From Toensbergia leucococca (taxonomy: Eukaryota), in contig JALDZS010000066.1 in NCBI GenBank assembly GCA_022813965.1, forward strand, positions 1 through 64,000: DNA of 64,000 nucleotides, read 5' to 3'. Position numbers and translations under genes: made by a program. Below, in pieces: positions 63,952 through 64,000 of the stretch (within the stretch, counting starts at the first letter, position 1; each line of letters begins with the position of its first letter). The notes below the pieces were generated by a model that was not told the origin of the DNA, ran no database searches, and saw only the letters and a program-made list of their open reading frames with translations.

Positions 63952-64000
63952 GAGTAAACACCCCTTTTTGATGCATTGACACACCGGGGCGCAATATCGC
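63952..64000 (+). mobile_element. Probable left end of an element related to the 18956-19639 MITE (cut by window edge)
   Basis: 63958-63985 ACACCCCTTTTTGATGCATTGACACACC matches 18972-18999 at 24/28, followed by the shared GGGCGCAA motif. Confidence 0.6.

Noticed and set aside
1..64000. tRNA, rRNA, CRISPR array, autonomous transposase or retroelement ORFs
   Set aside because: No cloverleaf, rRNA-like sequence, repeat-spacer array or RT/DDE motifs seen by eye; tRNAscan-SE and Infernal would be decisive

Overview
Eukaryotic, intron-rich DNA from a filamentous ascomycete (Pezizomycotina; a lichen-forming lineage is plausible but cannot be proven here). About 28 spliced protein-coding genes are supported. 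Most are housekeeping: AIM24-like, eIF2-beta, TAF8, SOM1, a RAD51-paralogue/XRCC2-like gene, ABCC transporter, SDR, FEN1, dihydroorotase, glutaryl-CoA dehydrogenase, eIF3i, C1-THF synthase, NADP-IDH, DUF1365, MBF1, CDT1, SPO73-like, histone H1, MSS4, ECO1 and DUF2434. The most notable item is an accessory island (~43.6-51.9 kb) with a signal-peptide-less tandem thaumatin-like protein, a signal-peptide-less GH128 beta-1,3-glucanase and a HET-like gene remnant, which may be a cytosolic beta-glucan defence/processing module. Other items: a 684-bp fold-back non-autonomous transposon with an 8-bp TSD in the FEN1 promoter, plus a relative at the window end; a decayed gene with four helical repeats; a 5-nt micro-exon carrying a FEN1 catalytic Asp; three GC-AG introns; an AUG-less presequence-like extension on C1-THF synthase; a small gene missed by the ORF track; and recurrent C-rich-to-G-rich skew switches. 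No rRNA, tRNA or CRISPR array was found. Gene names rest on motif recognition, not database searches. Coordinates were counted by hand.
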